Shown here in pieces: positions 1 through 11,315 of a stretch of 64,000 nucleotides of DNA. The position numbers and the translations under genes were made by a program. The notes beneath the pieces were generated by a model, which was given only the letters and a program-made list of their open reading frames with translations, made no database searches and had not been told where the DNA came from. The first letter of the stretch is position 1; each line of letters starts with the position of its first letter. Origin of the DNA: Eutreptiella sp. 'Long Island Sound 2002' (lineage: Eukaryota; Protista; Euglenida); NCBI GenBank assembly GCA_964036045.1, contig OZ038378.1, forward strand, positions 140,368,001-140,432,000. The letters are read 5' to 3'.

Positions 1-2351
1 CTAACCCTAACCCTAATCAAGACTGAATATTGGGACCGAGCTGGTGGGGGAGGGAACATCAGCTATGATTGGTGAAGGACATCAAGAATGATTCACACAT
101 TGATGGCTTTTGACAAAGTGAAATCAGCTTGCAAGTGAACCCCATCACCATGAGGCCCACTTTCAAGGCTTTTTGGACTTCTGAGGGGCCAAAATGCCCC
201 AAAATGGGCTCAAAATGGGCTCATTTCACCCGTTTGTGCACCCCAAATGGTCTCGGATGAGGTTTGGAAAAATGCGTTTTGACCCATTTTTGACCCATTT
301 TTGGTCCCAAAACAGCCCATTTTCAAGGCATTTTGGGATTCTCGGAGGACCAAAATGGGCCACCACAGGCTCAAAACGGTCCAAAAACACTTGTTTTAGC
401 GTCGCACATGGTCTACGATCATTTTTGAGAAAAGTCATCTTTTTGCCCCTATTCGACGTTGTTGACCCATTTGGGCACCCACCTGTTTGGGCTTGAGCTT
501 GCAGCTTGCTGCAGCCGAGTGGGCCTAGGTATTGGGGTCTAGGTGTCCGTTTGGGCAATTCTGGGGGATGGAAACCACAAAAAGTGGGGGGTTGCGGGTG
601 GAGTAGGTGCCCTCGGAATCGCATTTTGAGCCATGTAGCCAAAGATATGGCCTATTCTTGGTTTTTGGCTGTCGGCATTTGGAGCTTCTGGGGGCCTTTT
701 TGGGCCGTTTCCGGGACATATCATGGAGTTAGAGGGCCGCAAAGAGCTTGTTGACACGGGGAAGTCAAGCCGCATGTGCAGTGTACCCACCGTTTCCCTT
801 CGTTTGGCCGTTTTGAATGTGTTCCAGGGCTTTTTTGGCCCAAAAATGGCTGCTTTTGGCCCTAAACTGCAGTTTTTGAAACTGAGGTCCGCCACTTGCG
901 AATCCCGTTCCCGGCCGCCACCATTGAGTTTCTGGCTCAAACTTTGTGTGATTGTACTTCACACACATAGGTATCATCCACCGAAATTTCACTGAAATCC
1001 AAAGCACCACGACGGAGTTCTGATTTTTACCCATTTCGCGCGTGCTGCTTGCTGTTGCTTGCTGCTTGCTGCTGTTGCTTGCTGCTAAACCTGGTAGGTC
1101 CACCCTAGACACTAAAAAGGGTTATAAAACCAAGACTGGTTCCACCAGCTCGGTGACCGTAACCCTAACCCTAGGGCTAATCCTAACCCTAATCAAGACT
1201 GAATATTGGGACCGAGCTGGTGGGGGAGGGAACATTAGCTATGACTGGTGAGGGACATCAAGAATGATTCACACATTGATGGCTCTTGACAAAGTGAAAT
1301 CAGCTTGCAAGTGAACCCCATCACCACGAGGCCCACTTTCAAGGCTTTTTGGACTTCGGAGGGGCCAAAATGCCCCAAAATGGGCTCAAAATGGGCTCAT
1401 TTCACCCGTTTGTGCACCCCAAATGGTCTTGGATGAGGTTTGGAAAAATGCATTTTTGACCCATTTTTGACCCATTTTTGGTCCCAAAACAGCCCATTTT
1501 CAAGGCATTTCGGGATTTGCGGAGGACCAAAATGGGCCACCACAGGCTCAAAACGGTCCAAAAACACTTGTTTTAGCGTCGCACATGGTCTAGGATCATT
1601 TTTGAGAAAATTCATCTTTTTGCCCCTATTCGACGTTGTTGACCCATTTGGGCACCCACCTGTTTGGGCTTGAGCTTGCAGCTTGCCGCACCCTACCGGG
1701 CCTAGGTATTGGGGTCTAGGCGTCCGTTTGTGCAATTCTGAGGGGTGGAAACCACAAAAAGTGGGGGGTTGCGGGTGGAGTAGGTGCCCTCGGAATCGCA
1801 TTTTGAGCCATGTATCCAAAGATATGGCCTATTCTTGGTTTGCGGCCGTCGGCATTTGGAGCTTCTGGGGGCCTTTTTGCGCCGTTTCCGGGACATATCA
1901 TGGAGTTAAAGGGCCGCAAAGAGCTCGTTGACACGGGGAAGTCAAGCCGCATGTGCAGTGTACCCACCGTTTCCCTTCGTTAGGCCGGTTTGAATGTGTT
2001 CCAAGGCTTTTTTGGCCCAAAAATGGCTGTTTTTGGCCCTAAACTGCAGTTTCTGAAACTGAGGTCCGCCACTTGCGAATCCCGTTCCCGGCCGCCACCA
2101 TTGAGTTTCTCGCTCAAACTTTATGTGATTGTACTTCACACCCATAGGTATCATCCACCAAAATTTCACCCGAATCTGAAGCACCACGACGGAATTCTGA
2201 TTTTTACCCATTTCGCGCGTGTTGTTGCTTGCTGCTGCTTGCTGCTGCTTGCTGCTGCTGCTAAACCTGGTAGGTCCACCCTAGACACTAAAAAGGGTTA
2301 TAAAACCAAGAATGGTTCCACCAGCTCGGTGACCTTAACCCTAACCCTAAC
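1..2351 (+). repeat. Two head-to-tail 1,176-bp modules joined through CCCTAA repeats
   Basis: taatcaagactgaatattgggaccgagctggtgg at 14 and 1190; ccaccagctcggt at 1142 and 2318; CCCTAA-type repeats at 1-16, about 1160-1192 and about 2335-2351; a (GCTGCTT)-type microsatellite near each 3' end. Confidence 0.95.
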
Positions 2352-2568
2352 CCCCGCCCCCCCCATCACCCCTAGCTGGACGCCCCCCTGACCCCCGGCC
2401 AGACCCCCCCCGGCCCCCGGCAGGAACACCCTCCCCCCGACCTAGGCTGGACCTCCCCCCGACCCCCGGCTGGACCCCCCCCCCCCAACCCCCCCCCCCC
2501 CCCCCCCCCAAGTTTTGACAGATAGCTGGGGGATGTCGCATTAGGACCGGTTGTAGTCGCCCCCCGTG
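1..2568 (+). mobile_element. Right-hand part of a hAT-like non-autonomous element carrying two tandem 1,176-bp modules
   Basis: The terminus gctgggggatgtcgcattaggaccggttgtagtcgccccccgtg (2525-2568) is nearly identical to the right TIR of the TSD-flanked element at 18999-19755, which carries a truncated copy of the same module. Confidence 0.75.
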
Positions 2569-3182
2569 TGGGCATGTAAGTGTTGTATGTATGTACATTC
2601 AGAAGCATAGCTGAGCAACCCCATGTGCTCGAATGCTAGTGGGGGCTGTCCCCAACCTTGTCTTGGCCGCCCCCTGTAACATACCCGCTGGTGCGGGGTG
2701 TGGGTGGCAATGTTTCCCGCGAGACAAATTTTTAGTCCGAGTGTGAGGCCGCACCACCCGCCACCCGGTAACATAGCACAATAATTTTCTTTGGCCGAGC
2801 TGTGGCTAATCGGTCTCCATTGCAAAGCAACAATGCCAGTTCGCAGGTTAAGCTTGTGCGTTGAATGTGTGGTGTAAGCGGGGAGAGGTGCTTGTAGCCT
2901 GGCGCTGTGTCGTCCAAGGCCACCACCTGAAGTTGCTAGCCATACGTACGCACTTGCCTCCACCCCCAACCGGCAGTTGTGTGCAACTTCAATATTCCAG
3001 CCGGAGAAGGGGGAATAAAAAAAACTGATGACCGGGGACGCCCGGGGCTCCTCATCACTGTGGAGTCGCGATGCCCAACCCCCTTGTAAAGCGGGCTAAG
3101 CGACATACCATTCAGAAAAGTCTATATATACGCCAAAGTAACATGCCCTTTTGCAAGTGACAGGTGCAAAACCCAATAGAGC

Positions 3183-5279
3183 TTGTGGGTGTCCCATAAG
3201 CGCATCTATTTTCAGCCCTCAGATTGTCCAGAGTGCTCTATGGCACACACTCCAAATGCGCTAACCATTCAAGAGTGGGTTGCCACCAATTTGGAGTTCG
3301 AGCCGCATAAAAGTGATACTGTTTGGGCAAAACCATTGCTCCAACGCATTGTCAGTGAGGTGCCTCATGCCGCCCGCAACAAGAGCAGCGATTTCATTAC
3401 GGCCCAAGGTGCCTACCTCAAACCCAAGCACTCTTCCGCCTCAGGGAAATGTGAGACTGCTTTCTGGGGTGTGCGGTACCGCACGGTACCACCAAACTTC
3501 AACGCTTCTCAAGCAACACAGCATCATTTTACTTCTCAAGTTGCCCCCCCCCCCAACCAACCAACCAACCCTTGTTGAATGGTTTGCCAAAACCATTGAA
3601 GTTACCAACAACCGGGACAACTATGTAGGACGGATGTTTGCTATAAACGACGCAATGGCAGTGGTGCCCGACATTAGTGAGGCGTAGGGAGCATTAGTGA
3701 GGACTGTCATCAGGTTTTTGCAAAGCAAGGGGCTATAGCCTGAAGGAACCAGTGGTGGGAAGATGCCCCAAAAGAGCGTCTTCATTGGGGGATGCTTCAT
3801 TGGCGGACGCTCAAATACCCCCAAAGAACAATCTACAGAGGTGTCAGCTCCACAAGCCGAGGACCCCGATGTTGAGGCACACACGGAGGATGGGGCACAG
3901 GAGCAGGCTTCTTCATCAGATGAAATGAAGGCGTATAAAAAAAAAAGGATCCGTTGCATGCATTTCGTGTGAATGGGTTCAAGTACAGGTACGCACAGAG
4001 CAACAATTATGATGTGGTGTGTTGTCTCAGTTGTCCTACCAGTAAGGGATCTTGGCAGGGCTGTGCTGTTGTCGCGAAAGTGCGGAGAGATGCTGCCTCA
4101 GCTGGGATGGAGTTCGTTGAAGTTTCTACACCTCACCGTGATGACTCCGCCCATCGCACAATGGGCATAAGGCAAGGCGCCTGGTTAGAAGAGGCTAGGT
4201 TGTGCGTGACTCATTGTGGAATGCGTCATTTGCGCCGTGGGGTCGTAGGAAGGTGTTGGCTGAGTCATGGGCGCTGCGCACTTTGGAAGCAACGTCCATT
4301 AATATGGTCTATGTGCCTCCCTTGCTTGCGGCACAAATATACAAAGTGCGCGATGAACATTGGGTGCTGCGCCCGTTGTTGGTTTGCCCAACATGCACTT
4401 TCTTGTGTCTCGTATTCGATCCGCTGTGTAACAAGCTATACATAGTGGTTGCAAACACCGAGGAGTTGGCCGTAGTCAACCTCATTGCCGAACAAGAAGG
4501 CATTGAGCCAAGGCCGCAGAAGAGGTGGGACAGGTTTTTGGGTGAGTTTGGCAGTGTAGCTTTTGCTATAGCCCCCCTCTACCCTCACCTTCCTACGTCA
4601 AGAAGACGGTGTGAACTGCCATCCTGCCTGCCTTCTGATGCTACATTGCCTTCTGTCTAGGCGTGTTGTCAACGGTAGCATCCAACTTCCACAAGACAGA
4701 TTGTGGTTGTTGCGTGAGATTGCATAGGCAACTTTGCACTATCGCGATTCTGCGCATGCCTCCCCTATTGAGACCACACCCATTTGGGCCTTGGCACGGA
4801 TGTATGCTAGGCCCTATTGTTCACCCAGCCGTTCATCGTGCTTTTTTTGCGACGACACAGTCCACATCACGTGCCCTGAATGTGGAGTTTATCAGTTTGC
4901 CCTGCATGCTTCCGTTTTGTGTCCCTCGGAGATATGTATGGCATTGCGCACCTAGAGGGTGCAATTTACTGCCACACTGGCATGCATTGCATTGGCATTC
5001 GCATTCGGTGACCGGCTTGTGGTTGATAAGCCGCTCTATGTTGATGAGGTCCGTCCAAATGTGGTGATCCGTGGTAAGGAAATTTTTGTTCCAGGGCATT
5101 ACCCCAAAGATGCCTCTGGTAAATTGCAATATGACAAAAAGTTGATTGAAGAGTTGGATACGAAGACCACGGACGTGCTTCGCAACATGTGCAAGCACAA
5201 TCCTCCCTCAACACAACCCACCTACAAAGATAAGAAGGCGGATCTCATCTACAAGCGTGTGTTTTGTGACTTCATATAA
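3183..5279 (+). pseudogene. Degenerate multi-ORF remnant of an unclassified mobile element
   Basis: Co-oriented protein-like frames broken by stops: a winged-helix-like segment (3183-3578), a FLYWCH/WRKY-like segment NGFKYRY..C..C...C.....H (about 3970-4170) and a SAP-like end LRNMCKH...KKADLI (4959-5279). All calls are by eye. Confidence 0.35.
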
Positions 5280-5629
5280 AGCACACGTGCGTGCACCTCA
5301 CATATGTATATACATATACATATATTTATGATATAAAAGCTCCTTCTTTTCTTGAGCCTCATTTCGTTTCGGCTTGCCTTGCACTACACGGTTTGGCCCG
5401 GGTGGGGCGCCACTTACACAAGTGGCCTGGAATCGACCAAGGGGCACCACGCCCTTAACCACAAATACCACCTACCGTTGACCCCCCCCCCCCCCATAAA
5501 CTTTGTGTTTTTTGTTCAAATTCAAGTCCAATTTTGTGACTACTTAGTAACCTAGTAAGGAAATTTTTATACAATTTTTGCTTATTTTACCTAGTAAAAA
5601 AACTTTTCAAAAAATTCTTTTAAAAAAAG

Positions 5630-5730
5630 TTTTTTACTAGATTTTACTACATTTTACTTGGTTTTACTACATTTTACTTGGTTTTACTACATTTTACTAG
5701 GTTTTACTACGGCGCATACTAGGTTTTACC
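5630..5730 (+). repeat. (TTTTACTA..)n minisatellite with a 10/20-bp period, probably a transposon subterminal repeat
   Basis: ttttactagattttactacattttacttggttttactacattttacttggttttactac... Confidence 0.85.
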
Positions 5731-6263
5731 TAATGCCCGATGCGGAGAAGTTTCTTGATGTTGTTGCTGATGTGGCTGTTCCGATGGCGGTGAAGCTGGT
5801 GATGATGACCCCGGACCATATGGTGATGATGGTGATGCTGAGAAGTTGGATGATGCCAATGCTCCTTGCGATGAATTTGCTGCTGCCCTTAGGCTTGATG
5901 CTTCTGCTGTTGATGGTGATGATGTGAAGGAGGCTGAAAAAACCAAGCGCTTTCCGGAAAAACGTCCACTGTAGTGTGGCCAAGGTTCCAAAAATTCATT
6001 GGGAAAACGGACGAGACAAGACCCCCCAGTCCGAGTCAAGCGCCAAGCCGTTGCACTGCTTCGTCAAAATGAAGGATTTTCAATGATAAATCAAAGTGTG
6101 GGACCTCACAAATGAGCAAACATTATTGGTCAACAAACATCAATTGCACAATTGGACCAAAAGTATAGACAAAGTGGAGGGTATGGTGTCGTCCTGGACT
6201 TCCAAACGCCTTACCGGTGGCGGTCGCAGAGTGCTGTACAGAAGATGCGAGGCCGCTGTATCA

Positions 6264-6356
6264 ATGGTTTTGAGCACGCCGTGCACAGAATGTGCGAGTG
6301 TCTGCAAACATGGTTTTGAGCACGCCGTGCACAGAATGTGCGAGTGTCTGCAAACA
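6264..6356 (+). repeat. Exact 46-bp tandem duplication inside a decayed ORF
   Basis: atggttttgagcacgccgtgcacagaatgtgcgagtgtctgcaaac at 6264 and 6310; the length shifts the reading frame. Confidence 0.9.
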
Positions 6357-8078
6357 TGCTCAACGACCAAGCCCAGCAGTTGGCACAGCCTGGTGCTCAT
6401 ATTTTGTCACGTCGCTTGCTGGAAAAGTTCAGAAAGCGACACCACATTGGTTTGCGAAAAGCACAACGCCCGACACAGCTTTCTGCAGCGGAACGGGGCT
6501 CCGGACTAAATCAGTTGTATACCTATTTATATTTGCAACCCTCTGTCATTCAGGTTTGGGTGAACTTGGATGAGATACCACCTACATTGGCCGGGCGGCT
6601 TGGGTAATGTGCAAACATTGGAGCACAAGGGATCATCAAATGTCATGGTTTCATTCAAAGAAGATCATTTTAGGCGCATGGGCACACTAATTGCAATGCT
6701 GGATGTCATTAAGGAGGGCGGTGATTTTAGTGCACTACCTTTGGACCCTGCCCTCATCTTGAAGTGCAAGAAACCAAAAGTAATTTTGAACCCCCACAAT
6801 TTGCTTGTGAACACAAACAGGTGTGCTCAATGCCAATTGCATGAGGGATCATTTTGTACCCTAATTGAAACGTCAATTGGCCAAAACAAATGCTAATCGT
6901 ATCATTATAATGGATTCCGCAACCGCACATATATGTTCTGCCGGTACACGCTGTGTTCCGTCATGCCGGGTTGCGGTATGTTGTCATACCAGGTGGATTG
7001 ACTATATTTGTGCAGTCCATTGACACAACCCTGGCTGCATTGTATAGGACTGCACCTCACCGTTTATATGTGCTAGGAAAAGCAAGTCCACTGCTGCCCA
7101 GGCCCGGAACTTATTTGTAGAATTTCGCTACAATGGGCTTGTAACAGCTACAAGCACATTGGATATGCCGGAAGTGTTCCAAGAGCTGGGGTATATAGAC
7201 CCTACGAAGGCCAAGTTACGCGTTCCTTTCCAATTTCAGCCCCCTCCTGTGCAGCTTGTGATGCACACCCTCCAAAACCAAAGTCAAAGGCCCAGCCCAA
7301 ACCTGTGGCTAGGCAACTGTCCATGGCATCATTCCTTTCCAAAAACTAAACAATGTTTTCAACTCAGCCCACAAATCTGCGCAGTGCATGTCCCTCTAGT
7401 GCTCTCTTTAGGGGTGCGTGATATTATTTCAGGTGATCAAAATAATATCATGCATGCGTGATATTATTTTGACACGTGGTATTAATGGGGGGGGGGGTAC
7501 ATATTTCCAATAAAACACCTTTTCTGACCACTGCCCAACAACACAAAAACGCGGCCATGAACTAACTTGGCAGGTTCAAAAAGATGGAAAATCTTGACAT
7601 TGCCGTTCCGGAGTTCGAGGCCTCGTGATGCAACATGAATTTTGCTGACCGATTGGCCTATTTGTCCACATTATTGATTGCGAGGCCTTGCAATACGGCT
7701 TGAGAAAGTCAAATTTGTGCTCATGTGTGCTGTTGAATACAAATATTGGTGCATTTCTCTGCACTTCTTTGATATGACCTGTTGAAAGACGTACGAAATG
7801 GCCTTATTTTACTTTTGGAATGTGAGGCCTCGCATTCAGAGTTTGCTTGTGTTTATGTGCTTTGGTGAGTGTGATTGCAAGGCCTCACGTTCAAGAAGGG
7901 AAACAAGCAGTTTTTGTGCAGAGATGTAGACATTAAATCACAAAAACCAGAAATATTTTGACACCAGAAAATCTTATTCAAATGGAAGATTCCTAAATGC
8001 CACCGAATGAGAAAGGAAAGTGTTAAACCAAAATTAATGCCAAAATTGCAGAAACAAGGAAATCAGGCATATTTGAGG

Positions 8079-9006
8079 CAGGGGGGGGGGAAAAATGCGA
8101 TTCGCATTTTTTCGCATTTTCCGCATTTTTTTTCGCATTTTCTGGGCAGGTCCCTTAGTGTAATGTTCAAGAGGATACATTCAAGTGGCATTGTGTAGTT
8201 CAACTAAAGGGTAGTTTTGTAGTCAAGTCAGTGTTTGCATACCTTCCCAACACCGCCACTTTTGTTTGTTACATGGCTCCTTTTCCCTTAGACATGTCAC
8301 ATGCTATGCCCTCCCATTGCCCTCCTTCTGAGCCCACATACGATGATGGAAATAGCCCACCCCGCCGCAAAGTACGTGGTAAGGGGAGAGGTGGTGCCGG
8401 CGCAAAGTATTGCACCATGGGCCCTGGGAAGCGGAAGGAACAATTCCCTGGCCATCCCCTGAGTCTCCGCACCAATGATCTTGGTATTGAAGTACTATGG
8501 TGCGATGCGTGTGGATGCCCCGTGAGCCACACAACGAAGAGCACAGTCCAATGTCATTTGGACTCCAAAAAGCACCAGGTGGCCGTTGAGACTATGCAGA
8601 AGAGGGAGAAGGCACGGGTCGAGCGCCGCCTAGAGGCAGAGGCAGATGCTCTACCTCATAAAGCCGCAATGAGGCAGCCCAGCCTACAATCCGTTGTGGC
8701 GTCATGCAACGACAAGAACAAGGCCGCTGATGATACGGTCTTTGCCTTCGCCGGTGCCGGCATCCCGTTGGACAAGCTGGATCACCCCCTTGTGCGTGCT
8801 TGGTTGCAGAAGTACACCACCATTGCCGGTTGCTTGCCGCAAGGCAGCTCTGACTTCCCCAAAGTCAACGGCCAGCGTGTGCTTGACGGGCACCGAGGAG
8901 CAAAACCGCATTTTATGCCGCATTTTTTCTCGCATTTTCCGCATTTTTTCCGCATTTTTCCGCATTTTTTTCCAATCCCGGCGACCGCATTTTTCCCCCC
9001 CCCCTG
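8079..9006 (+). mobile_element. Internally deleted hAT-like DNA transposon
   Basis: TIRs CAG(G)nAAAAATGCG / CGCATTTTT(C)nTG; flanking duplication tttgagg (8072-8078 and 9007-9013); CGCATTTT subterminal repeats at both ends. Confidence 0.88.
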
Positions 9007-9061
9007 TTTGAGGGGACAGAAATTGGACAAAAAAAGGGATGTTTGCGGGAAGTTCAGATAA
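8294..9061 (+). CDS. Truncated hAT transposase N-terminus (CGGBP1-like zinc finger plus helical domain); the frame runs through the right end of the element
   Basis: LWCDACGCPVSHTTKSTVQCHLDSKKH and AGAGIPLDKLDHPLVRAWLQKY resemble CGGBP1 LFCTSCNVVLNHVRKSAISDHLKSKTH and EANIPLEKADHPAVRAFLSRH. No catalytic domain. Confidence 0.75.
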   Translation: MSHAMPSHCPPSEPTYDDGNSPPRRKVRGKGRGGAGAKYCTMGPGKRKEQFPGHPLSLRTNDLGIEVLWCDACGCPVSHTTKSTVQCHLDSKKHQVAVETMQKREKARVERRLEAEADALPHKAAMRQPSLQSVVASCNDKNKAADDTVFAFAGAGIPLDKLDHPLVRAWLQKYTTIAGCLPQGSSDFPKVNGQRVLDGHRGAKPHFMPHFFSHFPHFFRIFPHFFPIPATAFFPPPCLRGQKLDKKRDVCGKFR

Positions 9062-9870
9062 AAAGTCCAGTTTTTAAGTTCTGTGCAGCAAAAAGTAGCT
9101 GCACGGTTGCCTTTGTGTGGTTCAAAAAGGCTCTCCATTCTGAAATTTGTTTTACCTGTTTTGCCCGCCTCAGAAGAATGAATGAACAACCACAAGCCTC
9201 CAAGAATTAATAGCAAGCATCAAGAAGCCCGCCCAGTTGGCAGGAAAGTGTTTGTGTCTGAATCAAAAAAACAATTGCAATTCCAAACCATTGGAAACTC
9301 CAAGGTAACCCCCTCCGGGAAATAGCAGCAACCACTCCTGGCTGCCCACAAGTGCCCTCCAACCATTGTGCAACGGCCAGGATTGGCCCACCAATTGCTT
9401 TTGCCATGGTCCACCCACCAATCCCTTTCCCCTCTCTTGCCCTTCCCACTATTGCCTATCTCTTCTATCTCTCCCTAGGGAAAGATAGCAGGGATATTTG
9501 TTCCTTAGTTGCCAACTCCTGGCAATTGACCCTCAACTACCCATGGTTACCCTGAACTAGCTGATGGAACCACTTGACGGTTTTTGGCTGCTATGTCAGG
9601 GTATAGTATGATAAAATTGCAGTTTTTGTACGCCCACTGCTTTGCACTTTACGTTTTCTTTCGGCCCTTGAAGCCCACTGAAAAGGAAATGGTAAAATAT
9701 TGGGCTGCAATGGAATGGGGTTGGATCTGTTTTTTTGTCTTTGCCGTGTCTCTCCCATGCACCCCCTTGCCCCCGCCTTCCTCCACTGTCCCTGGCGTCT
9801 CCTTTCCTTGTGTCTCCCCTCCCCTCCCCTCCCCTCCCTCCTTTCTTCCCTCTCTCTTGGCCTTTGTCAG

Positions 9871-10098
9871 CGCCTCGGCATAGCGTGTGCAATCCAAGCG
9901 CTCAAGGATAATTATCGGGCGAAGGATCTTGGGCCTGTTTTTGGCTTCCTGTGTGCCAAGGCTTTGGCAGACTTCCGCGACGATGTGAGGTCCGCTGTTG
10001 TGAATGTGGGGCAAGTCTTGATTGGCACATGGGGCAACCAGTCGCATCCTGACATCTTGCCTGTCCTGAAGCAATACTTGGACAAGCCGCCAGTCGGG
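9871..10098 (+). CDS. GCN1: GCN1 exon (first seen in window; gene starts upstream)
   Basis: Polypyrimidine tract + tttgtcag acceptor and gtatgc donor. Encodes RLGIACAIQALKDNY...ALADFRDDVRSAVVNVG...LPVLKQYLDKPPVG, matching the GCN1 block RCGLALAL...ALNDRHPDVRKCML...LLPVFEEFL. Confidence 0.85.
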
Positions 10099-10334
10099 GT
10101 ATGCCAAGCAGACCTTGCAGAGACTGTTCGTCAGGGCACATAGAGTGGGACTGCAGTGAGACATTGAGCGGGACTGCAGACAGGCACTTCTGATGAATTG
10201 CACCAGGGCACACACACTCACCGGGGTACGTGAGGAAGATGCTTCCGAGGCACTGGTCAGAACCAGTTGGACCACAGATCATGTGGTCAATCTAGCAGCG
10301 GCGACACGCCGAGCCAGCCCCTCATGAATCCAAG

Positions 10335-10720
10335 AGAGTTGTGCATGATTGCGGAGGGCTGTGGAGGGGATCTGGAGGGGATGTGGATGGCTCTGGAGGG
10401 TTGTGGAGGGTTGTGCAGGGCTGTGGAAGGGCTGTGCAGGGCTGTGGAGGGCCGCGCGGCCTGTGGGTGGCTGTGGAGGGGTGTAGAGGGTTGTGGATCG
10501 GCTGTAAAGGGCTGTGGAGGGTAATTGAGGGCTGTGAAGGGCAGTGGAGGATTGTGGAGGGCTGTGGAACGCTGAGGAGGGCTGTAGAGGGGTTGTGGGG
10601 GCTGGGGTTGGCTGTGAGGAGGCTGCAGTTGGCTGTGCAGGGCTATAGAGGACTGTTGAGGGTTGCAGAGGGTTGTGGAGGGGCTTTGGAGGGCTGTAGA
10701 GGGCTGTAGAGGGTTCTGAA
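10335..10720 (+). repeat. (GGAGGGCTGT)n-type minisatellite in intron 1
   Basis: Dozens of degenerate 10-11-bp units gagggctgtg / gagggttgtg. Confidence 0.9.
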
Positions 10721-11172
10721 GGCAGGGATATGTCTTCATTGTCATGGTGCCCTGAAGTGTATTTTGTCATCTTTGCCTGTTGTGTTATGGTTTGTGTGCC
10801 GCATGTCGTGATTTTACGCTTCTTGGGGCCCCTGATGTCCAGCAAGTTGTTTGGTGGTTTGGTGGTTTGTTTAGTCAGGGCTGCCCTCAGAGAGCCTCCT
10901 GAAGGCAGTTCTTCACGGACACCCTCTCTAACCACTGGCCAACTGGCCACACCAACCACCAATGGTTATCAGCCAACTGCTGAGGCCAAAAGCACACGGT
11001 CACCTGCCTACAGCTCATCAACGGCAGTTATTGGTCCGGGCAGTGCTCTGTTCGGGTTCAGGATCTGGGAGTCTGTTGCTTCTGTTTTCAACCAGCAGTG
11101 CACCCCTGGCCCACTTTTGTTCCCTATGCTTCCTCCAGGTGCATTGATCCATTTTGCATGGTTTCTGCACAG

Positions 11173-11315
11173 GGTGACACCAAAGACTTGTACACAAGTG
11201 GTATTATCGTATGGATGGGGTCCATCGGGGTGTTCTCTGCGAACAAGAAGGACCTGCTACCAATTGTGGACAAGCTTTTTGCTGCACTCGCAACGCCCTC
11301 AGAGGCCGTGCAAAG
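11173..11315 (+). CDS. GCN1: GCN1 exon 2 in window
   Basis: gcacag acceptor, ag|gttact donor. GDTKDLYTSGIIVWMGSIG...IVDKLFAALATPSEAVQ(R) matches the GCN1 motif IVAKLIAALSTPSQQVQ. Confidence 0.9.

Noticed and set aside
1-16. Window start as a true chromosome end
   Set aside because: The CCCTAA runs are short, recur at about 1160, 2335 and 19240 as parts of a repeat module, and the GCN1 N-terminal half must lie upstream.
194-2391. Protein-coding ORFs in the 1,176-bp modules
   Set aside because: The frames are short, differ between the two copies and have no recognisable motifs; they are chance ORFs in a repeat.
3025-3060. Hammerhead ribozyme (ctgatga followed by a ccggg-gacg-cccgg stem)
   Set aside because: The conserved GAAA after stem II is absent. 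The ctgatga occurrences at about 10189, 18989 and in the 168-bp repeat also lack it.
10225-10266. Extra GCN1 mini-exon (VREEDASEALVRT) with non-canonical borders and a cggggta direct repeat
   Set aside because: Exons 1 and 2 join in frame with canonical GT-AG and give a sensible alignment; no in-phase AG acceptor supports the extra exon.
10279-10962. Ser/Pro/Thr-rich ORFs of 150-230 aa
   Set aside because: They are translations of the GGAGGGCTGT minisatellite.
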